64,000 nt of DNA, from positions 2,336,001-2,400,000 of the forward strand of contig OY771587.1 of NCBI GenBank assembly GCA_963674825.1, in the 5' to 3' direction. The notes under the pieces are model-generated. The model saw nothing but the letters and a program-made list of their open reading frames with translations, was not told the DNA's origin and ran no database searches. The translations under genes and the position numbers were made by a program. This DNA comes from Candidatus Cloacimonadales bacterium. Lineage in GTDB: Bacteria; Cloacimonadota; Cloacimonadia; Cloacimonadales; JAIOQZ01. This document shows positions 1 to 9,751 of the stretch, piece by piece. How positions within the stretch are numbered: position 1 is the first letter of the stretch; each line of letters opens with the position of its first letter.

Positions 1-991
1 AAGCGAGATAGAGGCTCTTGAGGTCGGCGTAATCGAGATAGCAGGCAACCTTGCCGTACTGACGGAATCGGGTAATTTCGGTGCGTATTTCATCGATCTG
101 CGCAAAGGTCGCGTCCGGTTGCTGGATGTGCAGCAGAAGATTGGTGATCTTGGGATCCTTTGCTGCGTTGCGGATTTGACGCAGGATATCGATATCGCTG
201 TTGGTTTTGTGGAAGAAGCTGTTGTCATCTGAATCGGCGAGCTTACCCTTGATTTCAATAGTCTGCATACGGCTTCCGGGCGTGAAGACGCTCTGTTGGT
301 CGAATGCCGACCATGTGACTATTTGTCGTGAGCCATAGCGTATATCTTCTTTTCCGCTGGCAAGATAGCCAACGCTGAGGTGGTCGAGCCCGACGCGCAG
401 CATGATCTGCCAGTGCTCGTCTTTATCGTAGTTGCCGTCGATCTCGATGCCGTTGAAGGGACGCAGGATTGCGCCGAGGAAGTAGTGGTCGCGATCGTAT
501 TGCTCGTCGGTGTAGTTCCAGAAGATTTCTTGTTCGGCGTAGAGGGTGAGGTAGTCCCTGTACGGTCGAACCGCCATGCCGAGATGCATGTCCGGCTTTT
601 CGTGGGTGAGGTCGAAGACCGTGCAGCCCAGCGAGACCTGATTGAATGGTCTGTAAAGCATACCGAAGTCCATTTCGCTTTGATCCTTGCGACTGTAAAG
701 CAAGCCGGTGTGCAGGTTTCGCAATGGTGAGAAGCTGCCGCCAATATAGTAGCGTTCGTGTTCGAAATCGTAGGTGTATCCGAAGTACTTCGGAAAGCGC
801 AGGGTGAGGCGCTGCTCGATGTTGTCTTCGTAATCGAACAGGTAGGATACGCCGCAGTCGGGATCGCCGGTGAGGAAGGCCGGGTTCTGGATCCAGGAAT
901 TCATGCCTGTGGAGACGGCGTTGGAGTAGTTAAGCGCGAAAAATGCTGTGGAAAGCAGCAGCAGACCGATAATCATCCATGATTTGAGCAT
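1..991 (-). CDS. sppA: Signal peptide peptidase SppA (S49) with N-terminal beta-barrel-like domain; runs off the window start (partial)
   Basis: Manually translated (absent from ORF track because it has no stop in the window): ATG at 991 after GAGG, MLKSWMIIGLLLLSTAFFA signal peptide, QNPAFL, DFGMLYRPFNQVSLG strands, then SppA-like RQIRNAAKDPKITNLLLHI and GKVACYLDYADLKSLYLA. Confidence 0.75.
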   Translation of the reverse strand, partial: MLKSWMIIGLLLLSTAFFALNYSNAVSTGMNSWIQNPAFLTGDPDCGVSYLFDYEDNIEQRLTLRFPKYFGYTYDFEHERYYIGGSFSPLRNLHTGLLYSRKDQSEMDFGMLYRPFNQVSLGCTVFDLTHEKPDMHLGMAVRPYRDYLTLYAEQEIFWNYTDEQYDRDHYFLGAILRPFNGIEIDGNYDKDEHWQIMLRVGLDHLSVGYLASGKEDIRYGSRQIVTWSAFDQQSVFTPGSRMQTIEIKGKLADSDDNSFFHKTNSDIDILRQIRNAAKDPKITNLLLHIQQPDATFAQIDEIRTEITRFRQYGKVACYLDYADLKSLYLA

Positions 992-1076
992 ACAGACCTC
1001 ATATGGTTTATGATATGTTCATTTTACCGAAGTGGCACCTTGGGTGTCAAGCGATCCTTCGTACACACAATATCTA

Positions 1077-2279
1077 TTACAGCAATATCAGCGCGGCAAC
1101 GAAAGTCGCGACCAGCACAATCACGCCAGGCAGCCAGATGCGTTCCAGGAATCTCCGCAAGTTGGTTCCGAAAAACTCAAGGGTCACCAGGATGCAGGGA
1201 TGGAGCGGTGAGATCACATACCCCATGAAAATCGAAATGTACATCAGTGTGAAGGGGATGTATCCAATTTCGCCGAATTTGGCGTAGTACAATGGCAGGA
1301 GGATCGACATCCCGAGTTGGGTTCTTGCGGTGATGAAGCCGACCAGCGCTGCGATAGGTACAACCAGCACAGCCGGCGAAACATCGAATCCAGCGATGAT
1401 ATCGGGCATGCCAGATGCTTTGAACGTGTTCAGAAACATGAAGATCGCCAGCATCAGCAGGTAGAAGTTCCAGGGTTTCATCTTGCGAACGGACTTCCAG
1501 AAGTCGGGTCGCGGAAGCCGGCCAACAAGGATCGCCAGCAGCAGACTCAAGCTCACGCCGATCAACAGGAAAAGCTCGCTCATCAAGGACGGAAACAGAT
1601 GGCTGAACGTGAATTGGACCACCGGAGCAGTAATGATGATACCAATTGGAACCAGCAGCTTCATGATCTGGCGTTGTCCCTGGATCTCGAGCTTACCTTT
1701 GACGTTGCGCAGCAGAAAGATATATCCAAGTATCGTGATTAGCAGGAAACCGGGAATCAGGTAGAGCATCGCGGTGAACATATTGATGGGTGTCTCTTGC
1801 AGCGAGCTGACCATTTTGGTAGTGGGAAGCAGTGCTGCCAGAGGGTAGATAAAAGTCAGCACATGGCGGAACCAGACGTTGATTACCGCATAATCGCGAT
1901 CGCTGATATCGTCACCAGCGCGGAAGACCAACGGCGCAGATAGGAGCGCTCCCCCAGGTACGGGAAGCAGTCCGAGAAATGCCGGGGCTGCCATCAGATA
2001 GGCGTCGCGCCGCATGTTGAGGTTGCTGACCATTCCCGTCAGCATACCGGATGCTTGCAGAACACCGCCGATAATTGGGATGATGCCCACCGAAACGGCG
2101 AGGAACTGCAGCGATGGGTCGCCGACTGTCTTCACCGCGAGATGGTAGAACTCAAGGGGCTTGAGCAGAATGAAGCCGATCACTGCACAGGCTGAAAGGA
2201 GCGCGATCCAGAGGCTTCGCTTTGCCAGCGCGAATAGGACGATGAGTGCGATCGCTAGTGTAATCCACTTGATCAGCAT
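1077..2279 (-). CDS. DUF401-family multi-pass membrane protein (putative transporter)
   Basis: Highly hydrophobic; GLLPVPGGALLSAP, NVWFRH and GYVISPLHPC motifs; likely start MLIKW at 2279 overlapping the upstream stop. Confidence 0.75.
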   Translation of the reverse strand: MLIKWITLAIALIVLFALAKRSLWIALLSACAVIGFILLKPLEFYHLAVKTVGDPSLQFLAVSVGIIPIIGGVLQASGMLTGMVSNLNMRRDAYLMAAPAFLGLLPVPGGALLSAPLVFRAGDDISDRDYAVINVWFRHVLTFIYPLAALLPTTKMVSSLQETPINMFTAMLYLIPGFLLITILGYIFLLRNVKGKLEIQGQRQIMKLLVPIGIIITAPVVQFTFSHLFPSLMSELFLLIGVSLSLLLAILVGRLPRPDFWKSVRKMKPWNFYLLMLAIFMFLNTFKASGMPDIIAGFDVSPAVLVVPIAALVGFITARTQLGMSILLPLYYAKFGEIGYIPFTLMYISIFMGYVISPLHPCILVTLEFFGTNLRRFLERIWLPGVIVLVATFVAALILL

Positions 2280-2674
2280 TCTGAAGCTCCCAGCACACAT
2301 TTACGGTTGCGCGGACCGTCGAATTCACAGAACCACACGCCTTGCCATGTACCCAGCACGGGTTCACCAGACTTGATCAGGATCTGTTGCGTACAGCCGA
2401 ACAAGCTGCTTTTGATGTGCGCGTCGGAATTGCCTTCCATGTGCCGGAATCCGCTTTTTTGCGGGATGAGCTTGCCGAGGAAAGAGAGGATATCCCGCGG
2501 GACATCGGGATCGGCGTTCTCGTTGATGGTGACCGCAGCGGTAGTGTGTGGGACGTGGATGGTTAGAATTCCGTCCTCGATTCCGGTATCGTGGATGAAC
2601 GATCGCACTTCGTTGCTGATATCGATCATCTGGCTTCTCTGGGCGGTCTGCACCGTTATCGTTTTATATTGCAT
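2273..2674 (-). CDS. yjbQ: YjbQ/UPF0047 family protein (secondary thiamine-phosphate synthase-like)
   Basis: HTTAAVTINENADPDV, NSDAHIKS, GTWQGVWFCEFDGPR; start MQYKT with AAGGAG RBS. Confidence 0.9.
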   Translation of the reverse strand: MQYKTITVQTAQRSQMIDISNEVRSFIHDTGIEDGILTIHVPHTTAAVTINENADPDVPRDILSFLGKLIPQKSGFRHMEGNSDAHIKSSLFGCTQQILIKSGEPVLGTWQGVWFCEFDGPRNRKCVLGASEC

Positions 2675-2818
2675 CGTATTCTCCTTAATCTGTGAAAGGC
2701 TGTGGTAGGGGTATCTGCTGTCAATACTTTTCAAAGACGTCCGGTGCATTGAAGATAATCCATGAAAAACATTGACATGAATTATATTCAGTTATAGGGT
2801 CATTATTGGAGGTGTGCT

Positions 2819-3256
2819 ATGAAGATAACAAGCATGTTCAAAGACAATCCGAGGCCTGTAATCACCATTAACCCCAATGCAACAGCTAAAGATGCATTGA
2901 AGCTCTTGAACGAGTATCGTATCGGAGCGCTGATGGTCGTGCGAGGAAGCGATGTCGTCGGGATCATGACAGAACGAGATATATTGAAGAACATCCATAA
3001 GATGCAGTGTTTCAAAGAAGATACGCTCGTTGAAGAGATCATGACACCGAAGGGGACGTTTGTTCAGGGAAAGGCATCCAACGATCTACAGGCTGTGATG
3101 CAGATCATGACCGACAAGAAGGTGCGTCATCTGCCGATTTTCGATGGTGATGAGATGATCGGGCTGGTGTCGATCGGTGATGTGATCAAAGCACTTCTGG
3201 ACGCCGCGAAAGACGAGAATCAACTTCTGAAGGAGTATATTTCCGGGGCTTATTGA
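2819..3256 (+). CDS. CBS domain pair protein
   Basis: IGALMVV...VGIMTERD and VRHLPI...GLVSIGDV; GGAGG RBS. Confidence 0.9.
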   Translation: MKITSMFKDNPRPVITINPNATAKDALKLLNEYRIGALMVVRGSDVVGIMTERDILKNIHKMQCFKEDTLVEEIMTPKGTFVQGKASNDLQAVMQIMTDKKVRHLPIFDGDEMIGLVSIGDVIKALLDAAKDENQLLKEYISGAY

Positions 3257-4372
3257 TCAGAAGGCTTCTTTGACGTTGAAGTAAAAGCCGGTTTTCATCT
3301 CGGTGTGATCGTTATTGTCGAAACGATCGCTACTATTGTTGATGCTGATATCGAGCCGCAGGTTCAGGTTTTCTTGTTCGTCCCAGGCATAGCGGAATCC
3401 GATGCCGCCAGCCGTCTTGAGATCGCCGGTGGTGAATTTGTCCAACTGGTTCGAGACGTCTCCAACACCACCGAAAAGGACGCCGCCGACGCGCCAATAG
3501 AGGGGGAAGCGGTATTCCGTCTGAAGCATCATGGCGTTGTGGTCACGGTAACGGCCTTCGTAGAAACCGCGCATCGTGTCGTAATCGCAGAGCTCCGCCA
3601 ATTCCTGGAAGGGCGCATCGCCATCCGAGAAGAGATAGACGTATTGCAGCGCGAGAATGTGCCGGGGAAAAATGCTGTAATAGGCCCTGGCATCGCACTT
3701 CGTGCGGGTGTAGGTGTAGTCGCTACCCCAGGATTCGTTGTAGTGGATCGATTCAAGCTGAATGAAGAAGCCGTTTGTGGGATAGATCACCGCGTCGCGC
3801 ACATCGTAGATTGCTCGCAGGCCGAATCCATGTGTCAGGAACGATTCGCTGCCTGGCAGATTAGCGCTATTCAGTGCGCCATTCTTCTCGATATCGCTCA
3901 GCTCGGATCGAAGCAGCCTGTAGCATGGTCCTAGAGATAATCCACCTACGAGGTTCATTTGCAAGCCGAGTTCGAGTTCCCCGCTGTTACTGGTGTAGTC
4001 TTCTTCTTGAGTGATTTTTGTGTCGTTACCAATTCCGCAAAACTGATTCGGGTATTTCAGCAGCGTTATTTCTGTGAGAGTGAGTAAACTTGGACTGATG
4101 TAGTGCTCGGACGAGATATTGAACTTGATCTGGTCCTTGAGTGTATAAAGACCTACCGCGCTGTAATAATTCAAAGGATCGGCTAAACCCTCACGGTTCA
4201 ACTCATAAGCACGCTGGTAATGCACCAGATATGCCCCGAACCCCCAATCCGTTTCCGGTGAAAGCATGATTACAGGCAAGATCGCAGTTCCCGATTTCGG
4301 TTCCTTTTCTTCGCAGAAGGCTGAGAATACAGACATCAGTAACAGTGCTGCAATTGCGAATCTTCGAATCAT
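3257..4372 (-). CDS. Omp85/BamA-TamA family outer-membrane barrel lacking POTRA domains
   Basis: Signal peptide, YDVRD..IYPTNG, MRGFYEGRYRD lid-lock-like motif, GIGFRY, C-terminal EAF. Confidence 0.8.
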   Translation of the reverse strand: MIRRFAIAALLLMSVFSAFCEEKEPKSGTAILPVIMLSPETDWGFGAYLVHYQRAYELNREGLADPLNYYSAVGLYTLKDQIKFNISSEHYISPSLLTLTEITLLKYPNQFCGIGNDTKITQEEDYTSNSGELELGLQMNLVGGLSLGPCYRLLRSELSDIEKNGALNSANLPGSESFLTHGFGLRAIYDVRDAVIYPTNGFFIQLESIHYNESWGSDYTYTRTKCDARAYYSIFPRHILALQYVYLFSDGDAPFQELAELCDYDTMRGFYEGRYRDHNAMMLQTEYRFPLYWRVGGVLFGGVGDVSNQLDKFTTGDLKTAGGIGFRYAWDEQENLNLRLDISINNSSDRFDNNDHTEMKTGFYFNVKEAF

Positions 4373-4373
4373 A

Positions 4374-5555
4374 TCAGAAAGCCTCCATCAGTGCGACATA
4401 AATGCCGTAATAAGTATCGTCGTCGCTGTCGACCCCGGGGATACGGCGGATGTTGTTGATGGCGAAATCGCAGCGCAGATTGAGGTTGCTGGTTTTCTCC
4501 AGCCGATAGCGCAGGCCGATACCGGCAGCGGCTTTCAGCCTTCGAATGTTCAACTCTTGCAGTTCGCTGGAAACATCGCCCACAGCGCCGAACAGCGCTC
4601 CGCCGAAAGAACGATAGATTGGGAACCGGTATTCCATTTGGGCCGCGAGGTAGTTTCGGTCGCGGAAGCGGCTCTGATGGAATCCTCGTAGCATCTCGAG
4701 TCCGCCCAGCTTGTAGAGCTGCAAGAACGGGACGTCGCCACCGCTATTTTCCATGATAAGCTGCATGGCGATGATGTGTTTGTCTGTGAGCGAAACATAT
4801 TTGCGCAGGTCGATGCTGGACTGGATAAACTTGAAGTCGCTACCCAGCATGCTGTGATAGCCGGTAACGCTCCAGGATAGTTTGTGCCCTTTTGTGGCGA
4901 AATAGATGTTGTCACGGGTATCCCAGTCGGTTGAGAAGCCGAGCCCGGATATCTTGTAGCTTTCGGAGCCGTCGATGATTCCCGACTCAAGAATGCCGCC
5001 ATCATCACGTTCGCGGATATCTGACGAGAAGAAGTGATAGGCAGGGCCAAACGCCCAGTCGTGGGTGATTTTGCGCATGATCGCGATTCTGCCGCCGTAT
5101 TGCAGTGACAGGAAGTTTTCTTCGTCTTCGGAACGGGTCGCGTTACCGATACCGTAGAACGATTCCGGGAAATACTTGCCTTGGACGAGTAATTTCAGGC
5201 GGGTTTTGGGTTGAATATCGCCATCGAACTGTGCCATGACGATCGCTTGCTTCTCCTGGGTCCCGAACCCGGTGAAGGTGAAATTGTCCATCACCTGGTG
5301 GTCGCGCTCCTTGAAATAAACGACCGACGCGCCCAGTCCGGTACCGGATTCCGGGGTGTAGAAAGCAATGGGAACGAATACGAAGCCCTGTTCCTTTTTC
5401 TTCACCGGCTTCTTCTCCGGTAGCGGTTCGAGGTTCAGGATTTCTCGGATTTTGCGTACCGATTCGCGTTCCTTTTCCTCATCCGACTCCTGAGCGAGCA
5501 GAAACTGGAAGGTGAGAAGCAGTATGATTGCGATACTCAAGTATTTGATTTTCAT
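4374..5555 (-). CDS. Omp85/BamA-TamA family outer-membrane barrel lacking POTRA domains (paralogue of the adjacent gene)
   Basis: Signal peptide, WDTRDN..FATKG, LGGLEMLRGFHQSRFRD, GIGLRY, C-terminal EAF. Confidence 0.8.
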   Translation of the reverse strand: MKIKYLSIAIILLLTFQFLLAQESDEEKERESVRKIREILNLEPLPEKKPVKKKEQGFVFVPIAFYTPESGTGLGASVVYFKERDHQVMDNFTFTGFGTQEKQAIVMAQFDGDIQPKTRLKLLVQGKYFPESFYGIGNATRSEDEENFLSLQYGGRIAIMRKITHDWAFGPAYHFFSSDIRERDDGGILESGIIDGSESYKISGLGFSTDWDTRDNIYFATKGHKLSWSVTGYHSMLGSDFKFIQSSIDLRKYVSLTDKHIIAMQLIMENSGGDVPFLQLYKLGGLEMLRGFHQSRFRDRNYLAAQMEYRFPIYRSFGGALFGAVGDVSSELQELNIRRLKAAAGIGLRYRLEKTSNLNLRCDFAINNIRRIPGVDSDDDTYYGIYVALMEAF

Positions 5556-5632
5556 TCTGGAATCGTGATAGATAGTCGGGTCAGGATGTCAAGAGATTGT
5601 TATCCTTCTATCGGAATGTCGGTTTGCGAATG

Positions 5633-6337
5633 TTACTTCATCTCGAAAACAGCGCTGACCGTCACCTTGATGCTCTTCTTGCGGGTGCCTGTGCTGTACA
5701 TCCCGTAATCGGAGACTTCCGTTGAGTAGGGCTCTGTAATCTGGAAGATTCCGGAGCGTGCGGAGGACATCTTGGACAGCTTGCGTCCGCTGAGCGAAAC
5801 AATCTTCTCCGCTCGTTCTCGTGCATCCTGCGTAGCTTCGGCGAGGAGCGATTTTTTGATTTCGCCCAACTCGGTGGAAAAGTATTCGAGGTCGGAAAAT
5901 TCAACACTCACACCCTGATCCAAGAGGGCTCTGGAATCGATGGAAAGCTTTTCGATTGGGTCAATGGTACGGCTTGTGACAGTTATGCGTTGCTGGAATG
6001 TGTATCCGATTATCTCGCCGCCCATGCCGTAATTGTTCTGCGTGTTGACCGGATGAACGATCATATCTTCCACATCGAGATTGAGCTTGTCCCAGGCCTT
6101 GCGGAAATTCTCGAGCTTGCGTCCTATTGTGCGATGACCTTCTTCGGGTTTGTCCAGACTGGAGTTTGCCGTCAGTGAAAACGACCATTTGACCAGATCG
6201 GCTTCATAGTCGCGTACTGCATATCCTACGACGCGAACGGTGTCCGCCTGCTGTCTCGAAGCCATGAAAAAGATACCGAACGCGATTGCCGCAACAATGA
6301 TGCAGATTCCTAATATCCATGCCCATTTGCTATTCAT
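5633..6337 (-). CDS. SIMPL (DUF541) domain protein, membrane-anchored
   Basis: N-terminal TM, VRVVG.A.RDYEAD, ATQDARERAEKI, ARSGIFQIT; start MNSKW with AGGAG. Confidence 0.8.
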   Translation of the reverse strand: MNSKWAWILGICIIVAAIAFGIFFMASRQQADTVRVVGYAVRDYEADLVKWSFSLTANSSLDKPEEGHRTIGRKLENFRKAWDKLNLDVEDMIVHPVNTQNNYGMGGEIIGYTFQQRITVTSRTIDPIEKLSIDSRALLDQGVSVEFSDLEYFSTELGEIKKSLLAEATQDARERAEKIVSLSGRKLSKMSSARSGIFQITEPYSTEVSDYGMYSTGTRKKSIKVTVSAVFEMK

Positions 6338-6424
6338 CGAGAGACTCCTATAGTACTTTTTCAATTGATTCAATGCGTTGTTCGACTCGTGTCAATCATT
6401 TTCTGTAAGATAGCAGATTATTCA

Positions 6425-8353
6425 CTACTTCCTTACGATGACAATGGTCTGAACCGTCTCGGAAAGAGAGCGTTCGGAGAAGCAATGGAAGGTGTAGACG
6501 CCATCGGCGATGGGCGAACCATCCTGTGCGATGCCATTCCAGTACTCGGTTGTCTTGCCCGAGTCGTACCACGATTCGTTCTTGACCATGAGGTTCTCTT
6601 GCAGGTCGAGAAGGCGCCAGCTCAGGTGATCTGAGGTTTCCAGATCGAAATCGAGCCGTATTTCCCCCTTGTCGGGGTAGATATAGACTTCCACGGGCAG
6701 CTTGCCGGAAGATAGTTCTGAGAGTGTGACATCGCTCTGGCGATCGTCGGCTGTCATGATACGGTAATAATACTGATTCCCGATCGCGACGTCCTCATCA
6801 ACCCAAAAATCGGTGGAATCCACGATGATATGTTCAAGCTCGAAAAGTTCCATGCCCGACCATCCTCCATGCGGGATTTCCTTGCGGTAGATGGAGATGG
6901 GACTCCATTCATCCATCAGCCAGTGCAGCACGATTTCTTTGTGATTGCCGTACGCTTTGAGCGGGATAACTTCTTCATCAATCGAGTCATCGAAGGTATC
7001 TAAAAACGCAAATCGCACCATTCTGACACGATTGTCGTCGTCCAGCGAAAGATCGGGCTGACTCTGCGTGACGCCGTCTTTCTGCGCGCGAAGTGTATAG
7101 GTGCCGTTTTGCAGCCCGGTGAAGAGGAAGAAGCCGTTGGCATCGGTCTGGGTTATCGCGCCGGTTGGACGCAACAGAATCTCCGCCTCGTTTTGCGGAT
7201 TGCCCTCGGCATCTTTTACATATCCGAAGATAATACCCTGATCCTGTACCGGTTGCGCGGTAGAGACTTTCTTCTGGAAACGGGCATCTCTGATTTCATC
7301 CAGGTAGCCGTTTTCTTTCATGCCGGTGTAGTAGAAGAGTCCGACTCCGGCAAAATGCCGGTCACGAACCGATTTGATCTTACTGCAAATTCGTTTCACG
7401 GAATACGAACCGCGGTCGATCCATGCACGCAAACCGCAGACAATGCGATCATTCTGATCATAAACTGCTAGGTTGTCGAGCTGCTGCTCAAGATCGCTAT
7501 CGGAAGGTGTGTAGGCCATCAGATAGACGTAGTCGATGGTTTGATTTTCGATCCATTCCATCCAGTTCTGTCCATGCTCGCTGCGTGCGGAGCGGATATC
7601 GGGCTTGACCGAGGCAGTCACAGCAATACGGGGGTCAATAGACTTAACTTCTGCGTAAACGCGCGACACCAGGCGCGATACCTGTCGCTGACGCCAGTAG
7701 AGCCAGGCGGTTTCAGTGGTGACTTTGGTCTCCAGTTCGTATTGCTGCATCGCAAGAGGATTGTAGCCGAGCTTGAATTCAGGATAACGGATGTAATCGA
7801 GGTGAATGCCGTCGATCTGGTAATTCATGGCTACGTCGAGGATAACGTTGGTGAGGTAATCCTGCACTTCGGGAATGCCGGGATCTAAGAACGCGCCTTC
7901 ATGCTCGGTCATACGCATCTTGCGACCGTGATTATTGACCGTGATCCATTCCGGGTGCTCGTAGTAAACGTTTCCCGGCCTCATATTGGTCTCTTCGTGT
8001 GGCGTGACCACGTACACGGTGAACCAGGCGTGCACTTCAATATTGTGCTTCTGCGCCTGCTCGATCAGGTATTGAAGTGGATCGAATCCGCTCTTCTCGA
8101 TGAGGTAACATATCGGCTCGGGATTGGGGAAATCGTCGTTTGTGCGGTTGGGAATATACATGGCATCGCCGCGATAGCGAACTTCGGCGATGATCTGATT
8201 GAAGTTGCTGCGATAGGAATCTTTCACCAGTTCGTCGATCTTCTCGGGTGTGTCGATATCCCACACGGGTGCCCATACGGCGCGAACTTCAGCGCTGACA
8301 GCACTACAGAGAATCAACAACGACAGGAGACTCAGCAAGAAAAACCGATTCAC
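6425..8353 (-). CDS. GHL10 (DUF187/DigH-like) glycoside hydrolase with carboxypeptidase-regulatory-like domain and FlgD-Ig/CTD-like tail
   Basis: EVRAVW, EVRYRGDA, FDPL, EVHAWF, LDPGIPEV, DGIHLDYIRYP; TDANGFFLFTGL..GTY; C-terminal WNG..QDGSPIADGVY. Confidence 0.8.
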   Translation of the reverse strand: MNRFFLLSLLSLLILCSAVSAEVRAVWAPVWDIDTPEKIDELVKDSYRSNFNQIIAEVRYRGDAMYIPNRTNDDFPNPEPICYLIEKSGFDPLQYLIEQAQKHNIEVHAWFTVYVVTPHEETNMRPGNVYYEHPEWITVNNHGRKMRMTEHEGAFLDPGIPEVQDYLTNVILDVAMNYQIDGIHLDYIRYPEFKLGYNPLAMQQYELETKVTTETAWLYWRQRQVSRLVSRVYAEVKSIDPRIAVTASVKPDIRSARSEHGQNWMEWIENQTIDYVYLMAYTPSDSDLEQQLDNLAVYDQNDRIVCGLRAWIDRGSYSVKRICSKIKSVRDRHFAGVGLFYYTGMKENGYLDEIRDARFQKKVSTAQPVQDQGIIFGYVKDAEGNPQNEAEILLRPTGAITQTDANGFFLFTGLQNGTYTLRAQKDGVTQSQPDLSLDDDNRVRMVRFAFLDTFDDSIDEEVIPLKAYGNHKEIVLHWLMDEWSPISIYRKEIPHGGWSGMELFELEHIIVDSTDFWVDEDVAIGNQYYYRIMTADDRQSDVTLSELSSGKLPVEVYIYPDKGEIRLDFDLETSDHLSWRLLDLQENLMVKNESWYDSGKTTEYWNGIAQDGSPIADGVYTFHCFSERSLSETVQTIVIVRK

Positions 8354-9717
8354 GTGATGTCGGCTCCTTTTTCCGTATTCTTTTCGATTGCGCGCACTTC
8401 GCAGTTCAGGTTACCGTCTCGAAGCTCGACCAGAATGGTGTCGCTGATGTTCGCCTGCTGAACGGAGCGCAGGATTTCGCCTGCCTTGCGGGTAATCGCA
8501 TAGCCGCGCTTGAGCACCTCGTTGGGCGAGAGTTCTTCCAGCAGCCCAGCTTGAATCTCGAGCGCTGTATGCTTTCTCTCCACGAGTCGCTCGGTGCTAT
8601 TGACCAGACGTGCGGTTAGTTTGTCAAGGCGGTATCTGCAATCGCGACAGAAACCTCCGGTAGCTGCTTTCATCGCGCTGCGGAATCGTTCCTGAATCAT
8701 CATGAGGTTGTTCTTGCGGGAATCGATCATCCTGCCGGTACGCAGCATGCGGTAGATGAGTTCGTCAAGCTGTTGCTGGTGCGTGTGTAGCTTCGTGAGT
8801 GGACTTGAGCGATCCAGCCGATTCTCGTGGTATTGCAGGAGGCGTTGCAGGCGATTGAGCCGGTCGCGAGTGATCAGGTTCATCTGGCGGAGATGTGCAT
8901 CGATGGTCTGCTGTACTTCGGTTCGATCGGGAACTGCGATTTCTGCCGCAGCCGATGGGGTGGGGGCCCGCAGGTCGCTGACAAAATCACAGATGGTGAA
9001 GTCGATTTCGTGCCCGACAGCGGATATCACCGGAATGAGGCAATCGAAAATGGTGCGTGCGAGCATCTCGTCGTTGAAGACGAAGAGATCTTCCTGTGTT
9101 CCACCGCCGCGTCCGATGATGATCACATCGACGTCGCTCTGTGAAAAGTAGCGGATACCTTCGATGAGGCTTCTTGGTGCTTCGTCGCCCTGCACCTTCG
9201 TGGGGTAGAGGACGACATCGCAGCTCCAGCGACGGGAGATGACGTTGCGGATATCCTGAAACGCCGCGCCGGTCGCGGAAGTGATGACGCCGATCTTCTG
9301 CGGATAGCGCGGAATGGGTTTCTTGTGCTCCTGATCAAACAGACCGTCTTCGGAGAGGCGACGCTTGAGTTCCTCGAAGCGTAACTGAAGGTCGCCCATG
9401 CCGTTGGGATACATACGCGTGACATTTAGCTGGTAACTGCCGCTCTTTTCATAGACACCGAGTTTGCCGCCGCAGATAACCTTGTCGCCGTCCTTGGGCT
9501 TGAAGTCAAGATAGCGATTCCAAGTCTTGAAAAAGACGCAGCGGATTGTGCTGCTTTCGTCCTTGAGCGAGAAGTACATATGCCCGGAAAAGTGGTTGGT
9601 GAAATTGGCGATCTCACCTTCCACGAACAGGTTCGGGATGTTTGTCTCGATCACGTTTTTCAGGTGCCGGTTGATTTCCGATACGCTGAAGATATTTTCT
9701 TCGCTGCTGAAGTTCAT
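8350..9717 (-). CDS. xseA: Exodeoxyribonuclease VII large subunit
   Basis: VEGEIANF..HFSGHMYFSLKD, GRGGG, ISAVGHEIDFT, RAPTPSAAAE, VLKRGY. Confidence 0.95.
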   Translation of the reverse strand: MNFSSEENIFSVSEINRHLKNVIETNIPNLFVEGEIANFTNHFSGHMYFSLKDESSTIRCVFFKTWNRYLDFKPKDGDKVICGGKLGVYEKSGSYQLNVTRMYPNGMGDLQLRFEELKRRLSEDGLFDQEHKKPIPRYPQKIGVITSATGAAFQDIRNVISRRWSCDVVLYPTKVQGDEAPRSLIEGIRYFSQSDVDVIIIGRGGGTQEDLFVFNDEMLARTIFDCLIPVISAVGHEIDFTICDFVSDLRAPTPSAAAEIAVPDRTEVQQTIDAHLRQMNLITRDRLNRLQRLLQYHENRLDRSSPLTKLHTHQQQLDELIYRMLRTGRMIDSRKNNLMMIQERFRSAMKAATGGFCRDCRYRLDKLTARLVNSTERLVERKHTALEIQAGLLEELSPNEVLKRGYAITRKAGEILRSVQQANISDTILVELRDGNLNCEVRAIEKNTEKGADIT

Positions 9718-9751
9718 GTTGTTGCTCTTACCGGTGGAGCGTTTCTCCTTT

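Noticed and set aside
319..982. Short ORFs 319-744(-), 380-730(+) and 758-982(+) in the ORF track
   Set aside because: Shadows of the longer minus-strand sppA frame, which the track missed because it runs off the window
2778..2790. TGAAT-TAT-ATTCA palindrome in the CBS gene promoter (ARG-box-like)
   Set aside because: Spacing is one base short of an ARG box, single copy and AT-rich; too weak to call
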